A DNA stretch of 63,067 nucleotides, filler included, from Reclinomonas americana ATCC 50394 (lineage: Eukaryota), in the NCBI GenBank assembly GCA_048213135.1. It is 23 parts of 23 records of this genome, joined end to end, with 100 filler letters (N's around TTAATTAATTAA, not from the genome) between each part and the next. Parts side by side here need not be neighbours in the genome. Positions count along the whole stretch, not along the records: positions 8,900 to 11,486 come from AFZH01023273.1; positions 11,587 to 13,662 come from AFZH01023274.1; positions 13,763 to 15,721 come from AFZH01023275.1; positions 15,822 to 17,080 come from AFZH01023276.1; positions 17,181 to 18,942 come from AFZH01023278.1; positions 19,043 to 20,215 come from AFZH01023279.1; positions 20,316 to 22,177 come from AFZH01023280.1; 16 more parts are not named here. One strand, given 5' to 3'. The translations under genes were made by a program, and so were the position numbers. Below, piece by piece: positions 11,406 to 21,316 of the stretch (positions within the stretch are counted from its first letter, which is position 1; every line of letters begins with the position of its first letter). Under the pieces are notes generated by a model. It saw only the letters and a list, made by a program, of their open reading frames with translations, had not been told where the DNA came from and searched no databases.

Positions 11406-13324
11406 GCGACGAACGCCCACTCCCGACGAACACCCGCACGGTGACGACGCCCAGCACCGAGCTGCTCGTCACCCTCGACAACGCGGNNNNNNNNNNNNNN
11501 NNNNNNNNNNNNNNNNNNNNNNNNNNNNNNTTAATTAATTAANNNNNNNNNNNNNNNNNNNNNNNNNNNNNNNNNNNNNNNNNNNNCAAGGCGCGGACGT
11601 CGACCTGGCGCCGCATCCTGCGCGATCCGCAGGCCGTCGTGACGCTCGGGCTCCTCGCCGTGATCTTCCTCCTCGGACTCCTCACGCCGTGGCTGGCACC
11701 GCACGGCCCGAACGACGCCGAGCTCGCGATGATCAACGCGCCGGTCGGCACGCCCGGGTATCTGCTCGGCGCTGACGAGGCCGGGCGCGACATCCTGTCG
11801 CGCCTGCTCCACTCGATCAACACCGCGGCCATCTCGGCGCTGATCGGCGCCGGTGTCGCCCTGGCCGTCGGTGTCGTCGCCGGACTCATCGGCGGCTACT
11901 TCGGAACCGTGACACGAGCGACGACCGAGTGGCTGTTCAACCTCGTCATGACGTTCCCCGGCATCCTGCTGCTGATCATCCTGATGCCGGTGACCGGTGG
12001 CGACTACCGCTTCACGATGCTGATCTTCGGAGTCCTGCTGTCGCCGGGCATCTACCGGATCGTGCGCAACCTCGTGCTGGGAGTGAAGAACGAGCTGTAC
12101 GTGGATGCCGCGCGAGTGTCGGGACTCGGCAACCTGCGCATCCTCGGCCGCCACGTGCTCTTCGTCATCCGAGGGCCGATCATCATCGCCGCCGCCTTCC
12201 TGGCCGGCTCCGCGATCGCCGTGCAGTCCGGTCTCGCCTTCCTCGGTGTCGGCTCACTGCAGATCCCGAGCTTCGGCTCGATGATCTCGTCGGGATTCCG
12301 CAACCTCTACATCGCACCGACGCAGTTCCTGTGGCCGAGCCTGCTGCTCGGCATCATCACGGCGTCGCTCGTGCTGCTCGGCAACGCTCTGCGCGACATC
12401 CTCGAGGGCTCCATGCCGAAACCCGCCAAGGTCGGACGAGGCCAGCGTGTGCTCGACAGCGCCGGAGAGGCGACAGCCGCACGGACCGGGCTGCTCGAGA
12501 TCAGCGATCTCGCGATCGCCTATCCGGGGCCGAGCGGCGGCCTCAACGAGGTGGTTCGCGGCGTCGACCTGTCGATCGCCCGCGGGCAGATCGTCGGTCT
12601 GGTCGGTGAATCCGGATCGGGGAAGTCGCAGACGGCGTTCGCCTCGCTCGGTGTGCTGCCCAACGAGGCGGTGATCACCCGCGGGTCGATCCGTTTCGAC
12701 GGGCGCGAGCTCGTCGGGCTGACGGACGCCCAGATGCGTCCGCTGCGGGGAAAGCAGATCGCCTACATCCCGCAGGAGCCCATGTCGAACCTCGACCCGT
12801 CCTACAAGGTCGGCGCGCAGCTGATCGAGGGCGTGCGCTCGGCGCTCGGAGTGACCCGCGCAGAGGCGACGGCCCGCGTGCTCGCGCTCCTCGAGCGTGT
12901 CGGGATCGCCGATCCGCAGCGCACGTTCGACTCCTATCCGCATCAGATCTCCGGCGGGATGGCCCAGCGCGTGCTGATCGCAGGGGCCGTCGCGAGTCGG
13001 CCGAAGCTCCTGATCGCCGACGAACCCACGACGGCGCTGGATGTCACCGTACAGGCCGAGATCCTCGACCTGCTGCGCGACCTGCAGTCCGAGCTCGACA
13101 TGGCGATCCTCCTGGTCACGCATAATTTCGGCGTCGTCGCCGACCTCTGCGACCGCATCGCCGTGATGCAGAACGGCGTGATCGTCGAAGCGGGCACGGC
13201 TGCCGAGGTGTTCTCGCACCCCACGCACGAGTACACGAAGATGCTGCTCGGCGCGATCCTCGACGAGAGTGCGGTCCGCACGGATCCGCCCGTCACGACC
13301 TCTGAGGAAGGGAACCGGCCATGA
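11402..13324 (+). CDS. Fused DppC-type permease / DppD-type ATPase (interrupted by the linker 11487-11586)
   Basis: LLGADEAGRDILSRL and YVDAARVSG permease motifs, then Walker A GESGSGKS, signature ISGGMAQR and Walker B LIADEPT in one frame. Confidence 0.9.
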
Positions 13325-13662
13325 GTCTGCTCGAGGTCGATGAGCTTCGCGTCTCCTTCCCCGGTCGGGGATGGCGCGCGAAGCCGGTGGAAGTCCTGCA
13401 CGGCGTCTCGTTGAGCGTGGCGCCGGGGGAGACCCTGGGGCTGGTCGGCGAATCCGGATCGGGGAAGACCACGATCGGACGAGCCGTGCTGGGTCTCGTG
13501 AATCCGTCAGGGGGGCGACATCCGGTTCGACGGCACGTCGATCGCCGGCATCCACGCCCGTGAGCGTCGGAGGCTCGCCCGCGACATCCAGGTGGTGTTC
13601 CAGGATCCGTACACCTCGCTGAACCCCTCGATGACGATCGGCGACATCCTCGCCGAGCCGCT
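13321..13662 (+). CDS. ABC ATPase, DppF type (3' truncated; frameshift in G-run ~13510)
   Basis: Walker A GESGSGKTT; later IQVVFQDPYTSLNP in a shifted frame. Confidence 0.88.
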
Positions 13663-13762
13663 NNNNNNNNNNNNNNNNNNNNNNNNNNNNNNNNNNNNNN
13701 NNNNNNTTAATTAATTAANNNNNNNNNNNNNNNNNNNNNNNNNNNNNNNNNNNNNNNNNNNN

Positions 13763-13875
13763 GGCGCCAGGGCACGCCGGACGACATCGCGCGGGTCGTG
13801 CTGTTCTGCGCGAGCGATCTCTCGATGGTGATGACGGGGAGCACGCTCCTCGCGGACGCCGGGGAGACCATTTGA
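13763..13875 (+). CDS. SDR oxidoreductase, C-terminal fragment
   Basis: RQGTPDDIARVVLFCASDLSMVMTGSTLLADAG is a typical SDR tail. Confidence 0.75.
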
Positions 13876-13876
13876 G

Positions 13877-13892
13877 TGGCAATCGGTTGCCA
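13877..13892. promoter_or_regulatory. LacI-type operator copy 3 (TGGCAATCGGTTGCCA)
   Basis: Near-perfect palindrome 63 nt upstream of uidA. Confidence 0.8.
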
Positions 13893-13955
13893 TTTCCGTC
13901 GAACTCTGCTGTACTGAAGACCGAGAAACGCAAAGAAGCGCACGAAAGGCCCTTG

Positions 13956-15721
13956 ATGCTCAAGCCCATCGCCACCGCGACCCGTGACCTCGTCAAGCTC
14001 GACGGCGTCTGGAGGTTCGCGATCGACTCCCGCCTCCCGGAGGAGCCGTGGTCGTCCGTTCTGGACACCCCGCTCGAAGCGGCCGTTCCCGCGAGCTACA
14101 ACGATCTCTTCACCGATCCTGCGATCCGCGACCACGTCGGCTGGGTGTACTACCAGCGGTCGGTCCAGGTGCCGCGCGGCTGGGCGGGGGAGCGCATCCT
14201 CCTGCGTTTCGATGCGGCGACCCATTCGGCGAAGGTCTACGTCGACGACCAGCTCGTCGGCGGGCATGTCGGCGGCTACACGCCGTTCGACATCGACATC
14301 ACGGATGCCGTGAGGCCCGGGGCCGCGTTCCGCCTCACGGTGGCGGTGAGCCCTGATCTGACGAACATCACCATCCCGCCGGGCAAGATCGAGGTCGGCA
14401 TGACGGGCGGCAAGACGCAGACGTACTTCCACGACTTCTACAACTACGCGGGACTCGCCCGCTCCGTGTCGCTCTACTCGCTCCCGCAGGTGCACGTCGA
14501 CGACGTCACCGTGGTGACGACCTTCGACGGCTCCACCGGGTTCGTCGACTACCGCGTCGAGACCGTCGGCGGCGCCGACGTCCGCGTCCGTCTGGCGGAT
14601 GCCGCCGGCACCGTCGTGGCGACGGCATCCGGCTCGGAGGGTCGCCTGCAGATCGACGACGTCGTGCTCTGGAAGCCCGGCGCCGCCCATCTCTACGACT
14701 TGACGGTCGACGCCGTCGACGGCGAGGACGTGCTCGACACCTACGCGCTCGCGGTCGGGGTGCGTACGGTCGAGGTGCGCGGCGAGGAGTTCCTCGTCAA
14801 CGGCGAACCGTTCTACTTCACGGGCTTCGGCAAGCACGAGGACACGTTCGTCCGCGGCAAGGGGCACGACGACGCCTACATGGTGCACGACTTCCAGCTC
14901 ATGGAATGGACCGGCGCCAACTCGTTCCGCACCTCGCACTACCCGTATGCGGAGGATGTTCTCGACTTCGCCGATCGTCACGGCATCCTGGTCATCGACG
15001 AGACCGCCGCGGTCGGGCTCAACATGGGCGTCGTCGGCGGACTCAGCGGCACGCCTCCCTTCCCGACCTTCTCCGAGCAGTATGCGGGCGCCGAGACGCA
15101 GGCCGCGCACGCACAGCACCTGCGCGAGCTCATCGGGCGCGACAAGAACCACCCGTCCGTGGTGCTGTGGTGCATCGCGAACGAGCCCGCGTCGAACGAA
15201 GACGGTGCGCGCGAGTACTTCGACCCCCTCGTGAACCTGGTGCGCGAACTCGACCCGACGCGGCCGATCACGTACTCGATGGTCATGTTCGCGACCTTCA
15301 AGAACGATCAGATCATCGATCTGTTCGACGTCGTGAGCCTCAACCGCTACTACGGCTGGTACATCAACGCCGGCGATCTCGCGACGGCGGAGATGTATCT
15401 GCAGGGTGACATCCAGGGCTGGATCGATCGCACCGGCAAGCCGATCATGATGCTCGAGTACGGTGCCGACACCATGCCGGGTCTGCATTCGGTGTGGGAC
15501 CAGGTGTGGACCGAGGAGTACCAGACCGACCTGCTCGCGATGTACCACCGTGTCTTCGATCGCTTCCCGCAGTTCGTGGGCGAGCAGATCTGGAACTTCG
15601 CGGACTTCGCCACCACCAACGGACTGCACCGTGTCGGCGGCAACCGCAAGGGCATCTTCACGCGCGAGCGTCGACCGAAGGCCGCAGCGTTCGCGTTGCG
15701 GCAGCGCTGGCGCGGACTCGA
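13956..15721 (+). CDS. uidA: Beta-glucuronidase, GH2 (last codons missing)
   Basis: MLKPIATATR start; GFGKHED; NSFRTSHYPY; acid/base WCIANEP; LNRYYGWY; nucleophile EYGAD; WNFADF; GGNRKGIF (GUS-specific N-K motif). Confidence 0.95.
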
Positions 15722-15821
15722 NNNNNNNNNNNNNNNNNNNNNNNNNNNNNNNNNNNNNNNNNNNNTTAATTAATTAANNNNNNNNNNNNNNNNNNNNNNN
15801 NNNNNNNNNNNNNNNNNNNNN

Positions 15822-16451
15822 ATCCTCGCGACGACCCGTCTCGGTGATGAGCGCATCACGCGATTGGCCGATCGCAAACCCGTCATCCTCATCAACCGAC
15901 AGGTCGACGGCGTCGTCGGTGTCCTGCCGGAGGTGGAGCAGGGAGTCTCGGACCTCGTCGCGCATCTCGCCGACCTGGGGCATACGTCGATCGCGTACCT
16001 CTCCGGGCCGGAGACGTCGTGGATCAGCCGCCGACGGTGGGAGACGCTGCTCGACGCCGCAGAGGGGCGAGGCATCGCCGTCGTCGAGATCGGACCCCTC
16101 AGCCCGACCATCGACGGCGGAAGCGAGGCGCTTCGGCGAGTGCAGGCGTCGCGGGCCACGGCTGCGATCGCCTTCAACGATCTGATGGCGATCGGTCTGA
16201 TCCAGGCTGCGTCTTCGGCGGGGATGCGCATCCCCGCCGATCTGAGCATCGCGGGGTTCGACGACATCTTCGGCAGCGAGCTCATCGTGCCTGCGCTGAC
16301 GACCGTGCGTGCACAGCTCCAGCTGGCGGGAGAACGCGCGGTGGGAAAGGTGCTCGAAGCGCTGGGCGACGCCACCGAACCGGTGAGCGACGAGCCTCTC
16401 GCGACGACGCTCGTCGTGCGGGGGAGCACGGGTCCGGTCCCGCGGCTCTGA
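15822..16451 (+). CDS. LacI family regulator, C-terminal part (second paralog)
   Basis: HLADLGHTSIAYLSGP; AFNDLMAIG; IPADLSIAGFDDI; PALTTV; LVVRGST. Confidence 0.9.
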   Translation: MLATTRLGDERITRLADRKPVILINRQVDGVVGVLPEVEQGVSDLVAHLADLGHTSIAYLSGPETSWISRRRWETLLDAAEGRGIAVVEIGPLSPTIDGGSEALRRVQASRATAAIAFNDLMAIGLIQAASSAGMRIPADLSIAGFDDIFGSELIVPALTTVRAQLQLAGERAVGKVLEALGDATEPVSDEPLATTLVVRGSTGPVPRL

Positions 16452-16491
16452 GGGCCGTCGCACCCGGGCCGCAGCCGTTGCATTCTGCGGC

Positions 16492-16507
16492 TGGCAATCG
16501 GTTGCCT
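16492..16507. promoter_or_regulatory. LacI-type operator copy 4 (TGGCAATCGGTTGCCT)
   Basis: Upstream of the second MFS gene; 15/16 identical to copy 3. Confidence 0.75.
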
Positions 16508-16623
16508 TTTTCTTTGCGATCTGTTTTGATGGAACTGTCTCAGCAGCGAGACGGTCTGGAGTCTTCGATGTCGAATGCACTGCGTACCCCCTCCGTCCAC
16601 CGGAGCGACGCGAGATCACGCGC

Positions 16624-17080
16624 ATGAGCGAGCCGATCACGCAGGAGGCCGGCGAGGACGCGCGCTGGACCTCGACCGTGGCCGTGCATTACGACGCGAA
16701 GAAGCCGCTCTCGCGCTACATCCGCTGGTACCTGCTCCTGTCGCTCGCCGTGTCGGCCGTCTGGGCGGCGACGAACGGCATCCTCATGCCGAATCAGATC
16801 CAGCTGCTGGAGTTCGGCTCGTTCTTCCACGGAGCCGACGCCGGCATCGACCTGCAGGCGTTGACCGAGCTCGGGCGAGCCGTCGCCTCCGGCGAGGTCA
16901 CCCCTGACGCCGACCAGACCAGACAGCTCGCCCTGCTCTCCGACTTCGAAGCGGCGCGGGCGAACGGGCTCGCTCTCGTCACGACGACCAGCGCCATCAT
17001 CGTGATGGTCCTCCAGCCGGTGATCGGCGTGCTCTCCGACCGCACGCGCTCCCGCCTCGGGCGCCGTGCGCCCTGGATCC
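16624..17080 (+). CDS. MFS transporter, N-terminal part
   Basis: MFS motif A GVLSDRTRSRLGRRAPW. Confidence 0.85.
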
Positions 17081-17180
17081 NNNNNNNNNNNNNNNNNNNN
17101 NNNNNNNNNNNNNNNNNNNNNNNNTTAATTAATTAANNNNNNNNNNNNNNNNNNNNNNNNNNNNNNNNNNNNNNNNNNNN

Positions 17181-18251
17181 GGCGAGGCGCTGCCGCGCAC
17201 GGTGAAGGCCACGACCTCCGTGACGATCGCTGTTTCCCGAGGGCGGCGCGACGACGACGTTCCTCACGACGAGCTCGACGACGTCGGCACGATCTTTCAC
17301 GTCGAGGCTCGCGGACTGCGACGTCGGCGCGTGCTTGATGACGTTCGTCACGGCTTCGATCGCCGTCTCGGTCAGGGCTCGCTCGTTCGCGGACGCCACA
17401 CGGAGAGGAGCGCTCGGCGCGGACACCCGCGTCGGGATCCCGGCATCATTCAGGAGAGCTCCGAGGGAGGAAACCGCGTCGATGATGTTCCCGTCGTATC
17501 GGGATGGATGGACGCGGGGGCCTTCGGTTTCCGTGTCCCGTATCAAGGAGAGAAGAGACCGAATACTCTGGAGCGCCGCTTCTGCCGACTCCTCGATGGT
17601 GGTGAGAGACACGTTCCGGGCTGCTTCATCCGGCTGCAGGGGCAGAGCTCGGGCATGGAACAGGATGAGCGTGAGATCGTGCGCGATGCCGTCGTGGAGC
17701 TCATCCGCGATACGCTCCCGATCTTCTTGAGCGATGGCCTCGAGGTCCTTCGAGATCCGTGAGCGTTCCGCGACCAGGAACGTCTCACGCGCGGCGACGA
17801 GCCGGAATGCCACACCCAGGAGGAAAGCGATCACCGCAATGCCGGCGATTCCGTAGACGCCGCCCGCGGCAAGCGTCGAGCCGTCGCTGGCGATGTACGC
17901 GGTCAGCAACGCCAGCAGCACCGCGTGCGCGATGATCACCCATGGCGCACACGTCGCGGCGACCAGGCTGAGCGCGATTGCGAGCTCGAGGAGATCTCCG
18001 CCGCTCTCGGTCAACACGACACCCACGCTGGTGAGGAGCATGACGATGAACGCTGCGGTCGCCGGGTGCCACGCGAAGGCGGCGATTCCCGCGTACAGCG
18101 CGATGGCGAGAAGGTCGTGGCGCGTGAACCCGCCGCTCGCGAAGCCGAACCCGATGGCGATCATCACGAGCACGCCGACAGCCAGGAGCAGGAGGAGGCG
18201 CGCGACGGGGTGGAGACCGCGCTGATCCCAGAACGTGCGAGACCGCAGCAT
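17181..18251 (-). CDS. Membrane sensor histidine kinase, HisKA_3 (NarQ/DesK/LiaS) type; start approximate, 3' truncated
   Basis: About five N-terminal TM helices; H-box RERIADELHDGIAHDLT; N-box EAVTNVIKHA; GGRGL. Confidence 0.9.
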
Positions 18252-18582
18252 CTTCACGATCGACGACCGCGCAGCGAAGATCGGCGCCCGGCTGTCGGCG
18301 GACGGCGCGGAGGTTTCAGGCACAGATGCCCATGATCTGACAGAGCCATTCGCCCAGATCGGCATTCGCCCCGACGGCACGGGCGAACGTTCGGACGGCG
18401 AACTCGGTTGTCGATCCCACGTCGGGCTCCTCAGTCAGGTGGTTCGCGACGTGAGCGCTGGGCGCGACGTCGGCCGCATCATGGTCTTCCTTCCCTCCAC
18501 CCTAAGAGTCGCGAACCTGAGGCCACGCGATCATGGCCCCAGGGCTGGAGATCAGACGAAGTTCCCGCGATACCGTGGGGGA

Positions 18583-18942
18583 GTGAACGAAGCCGTCCGT
18601 GTCCTCGTCGTCGACGACGAAGCCCTGGTGCGACACGCATTACGCGCATTCATCAGCGACGACGACCGCGTCGCACTGGTCGGCGAGGCGACCGACGGCT
18701 CTGAGGTGGTCGCGACCTGCAGGGCGTCGAACCCCGACGTCGTCCTGATGGACATCAAGATGCGCGAGGTCGGCGGGGTAGAAGCGACCCGGCTCGTCCT
18801 GGACTGGAATCCTCGTTGCCGCGTCGTGGCCTTGACGACCTTCACCACCGAATGGCGTGCGATCGAGGTCCTGCGCGCGGGCGCCTGCGGGTACCTCGTG
18901 AAGAATTCGACTCCACAGCAGATCATCGATGCGATCGTTGCT
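18583..18942 (+). CDS. Response regulator, NarL/LuxR type receiver domain (3' truncated)
   Basis: VRVLVVDDEALVR; PDVVLMDIKM; VALTTF; GACGYLVK. Confidence 0.9.
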
Positions 18943-19042
18943 NNNNNNNNNNNNNNNNNNNNNNNNNNNNNNNNNNNNNNNNNNNNTTAATTAATTAANN
19001 NNNNNNNNNNNNNNNNNNNNNNNNNNNNNNNNNNNNNNNNNN

Positions 19043-19789
19043 GTGCCAGGAAAGCTCGCCGTGCTGGCGGCGACCGTGGTCGTGGTCTGCGGTTTTGCGC
19101 AGGCATCGCCGGCGACGGCATCCGATGCCGTCGATGCTCGTGCGGTCGCCGTGCAGCAACCTGCGGATTCCGAAGCGACGGTGACGACTCAAGAACTCGG
19201 GTCTCGGATCGATCAGCTGGTGTCGGCCTATGACCAGGAGACGAAAACGTTCGACCCGAGCAAGGTGTCGGCAGAGATCTTGGCCAGCGATGAGGGCAGG
19301 GCTTTCGTCGCCGCAGTCTCGCTCTCGGAATCGGCCGAGACGACGTCCGAGCTCGAAGAGGCCTTCGTCGAGCTCCGCGATCAACTTCTCGCATCAGGCA
19401 GCCCGATGACGGTCGAGATCGACGGAAGCGCGGCCGCCATGAGCTTCTCGTTGACTCCGGGCGCGACGATCGCCTACCCGACCGGTCTGGTGTCCGGCGG
19501 CGACGGCACTGGCGGTATCCAGCCGCTCGTGACCGGCGGCGCGGATCCGTGGCCGTACATCCAGCTCACCAACGCCGAACAGCAGGCCATGGTGACAGGA
19601 GCGTCCGGGGCTCTGGTGGCGGCTATCTGCGCACTCCTCGCACCCACGACCGCAGGTGTCGGATGCGGTGTCGGCGCCGCCGTCATCGCGATGATCGTGG
19701 GTATCATCGTTGCGAACGGCGTCTGTGCCAACAATCGTGAGATGCGCATATACCCCCTGGCGGGTCCGACGGGATTCAGCTGCCAATGA
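19043..19789 (+). CDS. Secreted protein with signal peptide, acidic pro-region and hydrophobic 4-Cys C-terminal domain (candidate bacteriocin precursor)
   Basis: Signal peptide ending ASPATA; Gly/Ala-rich hydrophobic C-terminus. ORF begins at the contig edge, so the true start is uncertain. Function is inference. Confidence 0.6.
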   Translation: MPGKLAVLAATVVVVCGFAQASPATASDAVDARAVAVQQPADSEATVTTQELGSRIDQLVSAYDQETKTFDPSKVSAEILASDEGRAFVAAVSLSESAETTSELEEAFVELRDQLLASGSPMTVEIDGSAAAMSFSLTPGATIAYPTGLVSGGDGTGGIQPLVTGGADPWPYIQLTNAEQQAMVTGASGALVAAICALLAPTTAGVGCGVGAAVIAMIVGIIVANGVCANNREMRIYPLAGPTGFSCQ

Positions 19790-19983
19790 TGACGAAGAAG
19801 CGGATCAGCCCGGCAGTGTTCGCGACGATCGTCGTGGCGCCGATCGTGGTCCTCGAGCTCATCCTGCTGGCGACGGGCGTCTGGACCATGTCGGGGTCGA
19901 TGATCTTCGTTCTCGTGATCAACGTCGTCTTCTGGTGCATGAACTATTTCATCTGGCGTCAAGCAGGTCGCGCTCGGACCTGA
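19786..19983 (+). CDS. Small 2-TM membrane protein (65 aa), candidate immunity protein
   Basis: ATGA overlap with the upstream stop; basic N-terminus, two hydrophobic helices, basic tail. Confidence 0.65.
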   Translation: MMTKKRISPAVFATIVVAPIVVLELILLATGVWTMSGSMIFVLVINVVFWCMNYFIWRQAGRART

Positions 19984-20008
19984 CGCCGGGATGACCACGC
20001 TGGGCAGT

Positions 20009-20043
20009 CGGCCCCGACGAGAGAGCCTTTCTCGTCGGGGCCG
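20009..20043 (+). terminator. Intrinsic terminator-like hairpin
   Basis: 14-bp perfect stem CGGCCCCGACGAGA / TCTCGTCGGGGCCG, 25 nt after the stop. Confidence 0.75.
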
Positions 20044-20315
20044 TCTCTGTGGACGATGATCGCGTCGGGTTCATGGCCCTGGGGCTAGAGAAGGGCCAAA
20101 TGTCTTGGTCGGTCGGCACGGCGGCCGAAAGCATGGATGCGGGCGTCGTCGTCGATGAGGCCCCGGCCGCATCTCCAGCGGCCCGATCGGAGAGAAGACG
20201 ATGCCCGAGACCCTCNNNNNNNNNNNNNNNNNNNNNNNNNNNNNNNNNNNNNNNNNNNNTTAATTAATTAANNNNNNNNNNNNNNNNNNNNNNNNNNNNN
20301 NNNNNNNNNNNNNNN

Positions 20316-20877
20316 CCTCCGACGCGAGGGTGACCGGTTCGACGGTGCGTCGGTCGTGCGCCAGCGACCATCCGACTCGACCGGCGCGATAGAAGTCCGA
20401 CGCCTCGTCAATCGACGCGAAGACGCCGCTCGACCATTCACCACCCACTTCGACATCGGCATCGATGCTGTGTCCGTCGGCCGACATCGCGACGGCGTAG
20501 CGCCCGTTCGCCTCCTTGATCCGGAACCGTGCCTTGCGGTGCACGCCGGGGAAGAGCCGTCCACCGAAGAGAACCGGATGCCATGCGGAAGTGTGCCGCT
20601 CGAACACGAAGACTCCACGAGCGCAGCCATCAGGACTTTCCCACTCGACCGCCATGCGATGGGCGGCGTTCTCAGAGCGAAGGCCCCACCGTCGCGGAGA
20701 CCATAGAGGACGGATCGATTCCAGCCCGAGGACGCAGATGCCGGCGATCGCCGATCCGTCGATGAGCTGCGGGCGGAAGCCATCCGGCAGCAGCGCGGCA
20801 GCCACCGCGGGATCGAGGCGATAGCTGATGAGGAGCCGCCTGCGGAGCTGTGCTCGGACGCCACGGATGATCGTCAT
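20316..20877 (-). CDS. DUF2071/YqjF-like protein (3' truncated)
   Basis: RRRLLISYRLDP...LLPDGFRPQLIDGSAIAGICV...SENAAHRMAVEW pattern, family recognised from memory. Confidence 0.7.
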
Positions 20878-20883
20878 CTCGCG

Positions 20884-20905
20884 AATTTAGCATTATAGCT
20901 AAATT
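20884..20905 (-). promoter_or_regulatory. Consensus -10 (TATAAT, minus strand) inside a perfect 8-bp inverted repeat
   Basis: AATTTAGC-ATTATA-GCTAAATT, ending 6 nt before the ATG at 20877. Confidence 0.7.
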
Positions 20906-20922
20906 ACTACAAGCGGCGCTGC

Positions 20923-21255
20923 TCAGGTCGGGACGTCGACGCGACCTGCGGCGCTCTGCTCCGCGGGCTCGGGCACCAAGTACAGGCCGCTCGGCGCGTT
21001 CGCGGTGAAGGCGAGAGCCTCGATCCACTCCCGGTTGATCGCCGGCTGCCGGCTGCCGCTGTACTTGAAGACGAGGGAGCTCCGCGCGTGCACCCAGACG
21101 GTCGTGCGCCCGCCGCCGACGCTCAGGTCCTCGCGCCAGGTGAAGTTGAACGGCTCCGCTCGTCGGAGTTTGGCGGTCATGACCAGCTGAAGGTGGGTCA
21201 GTGCGCGGTCCTCGATCTCGGTCTTGACGCTGCCCTCGTAGATGAATCGCCCCAT
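20923..21255 (-). CDS. Conserved small actinobacterial protein of unknown function (110 aa)
   Basis: IEDRALTHLQLVMTAKLRRAEPF...GGGRTTVW...INREWIEAL resembles a family I recall from Microbacteriaceae; GGAG RBS. Confidence 0.75.
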   Translation of the reverse strand: MGRFIYEGSVKTEIEDRALTHLQLVMTAKLRRAEPFNFTWREDLSVGGGRTTVWVHARSSLVFKYSGSRQPAINREWIEALAFTANAPSGLYLVPEPAEQSAAGRVDVPT

Positions 21256-21278
21256 CGTGCGTATCGGCTCCTGCTTCG

Positions 21279-21316
21279 TAGGCTTACACCGTAAGTGTGA
21301 TGACAGTGTAAGCCTA
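21279..21316. promoter_or_regulatory. Double operator-like element: 11-bp inverted repeat containing CTTACACCGTAAG and ATGACAGTGTAAG
   Basis: TAGGCTTACAC ... GTGTAAGCCTA between the tetR stop and the next start codon. Confidence 0.6.

Noticed and set aside
8923..15629. Long antisense ORFs (8923-10443, 12254-13555, 13707-15629)
   Set aside because: Shadow frames of high-GC genes with recognisable products on the opposite strand.
20923..21255. Calling the 110-aa protein an ATP-dependent DNA ligase, a label I recall for similar proteins
   Set aside because: Too short and has no KxDG nucleotidyltransferase motif.
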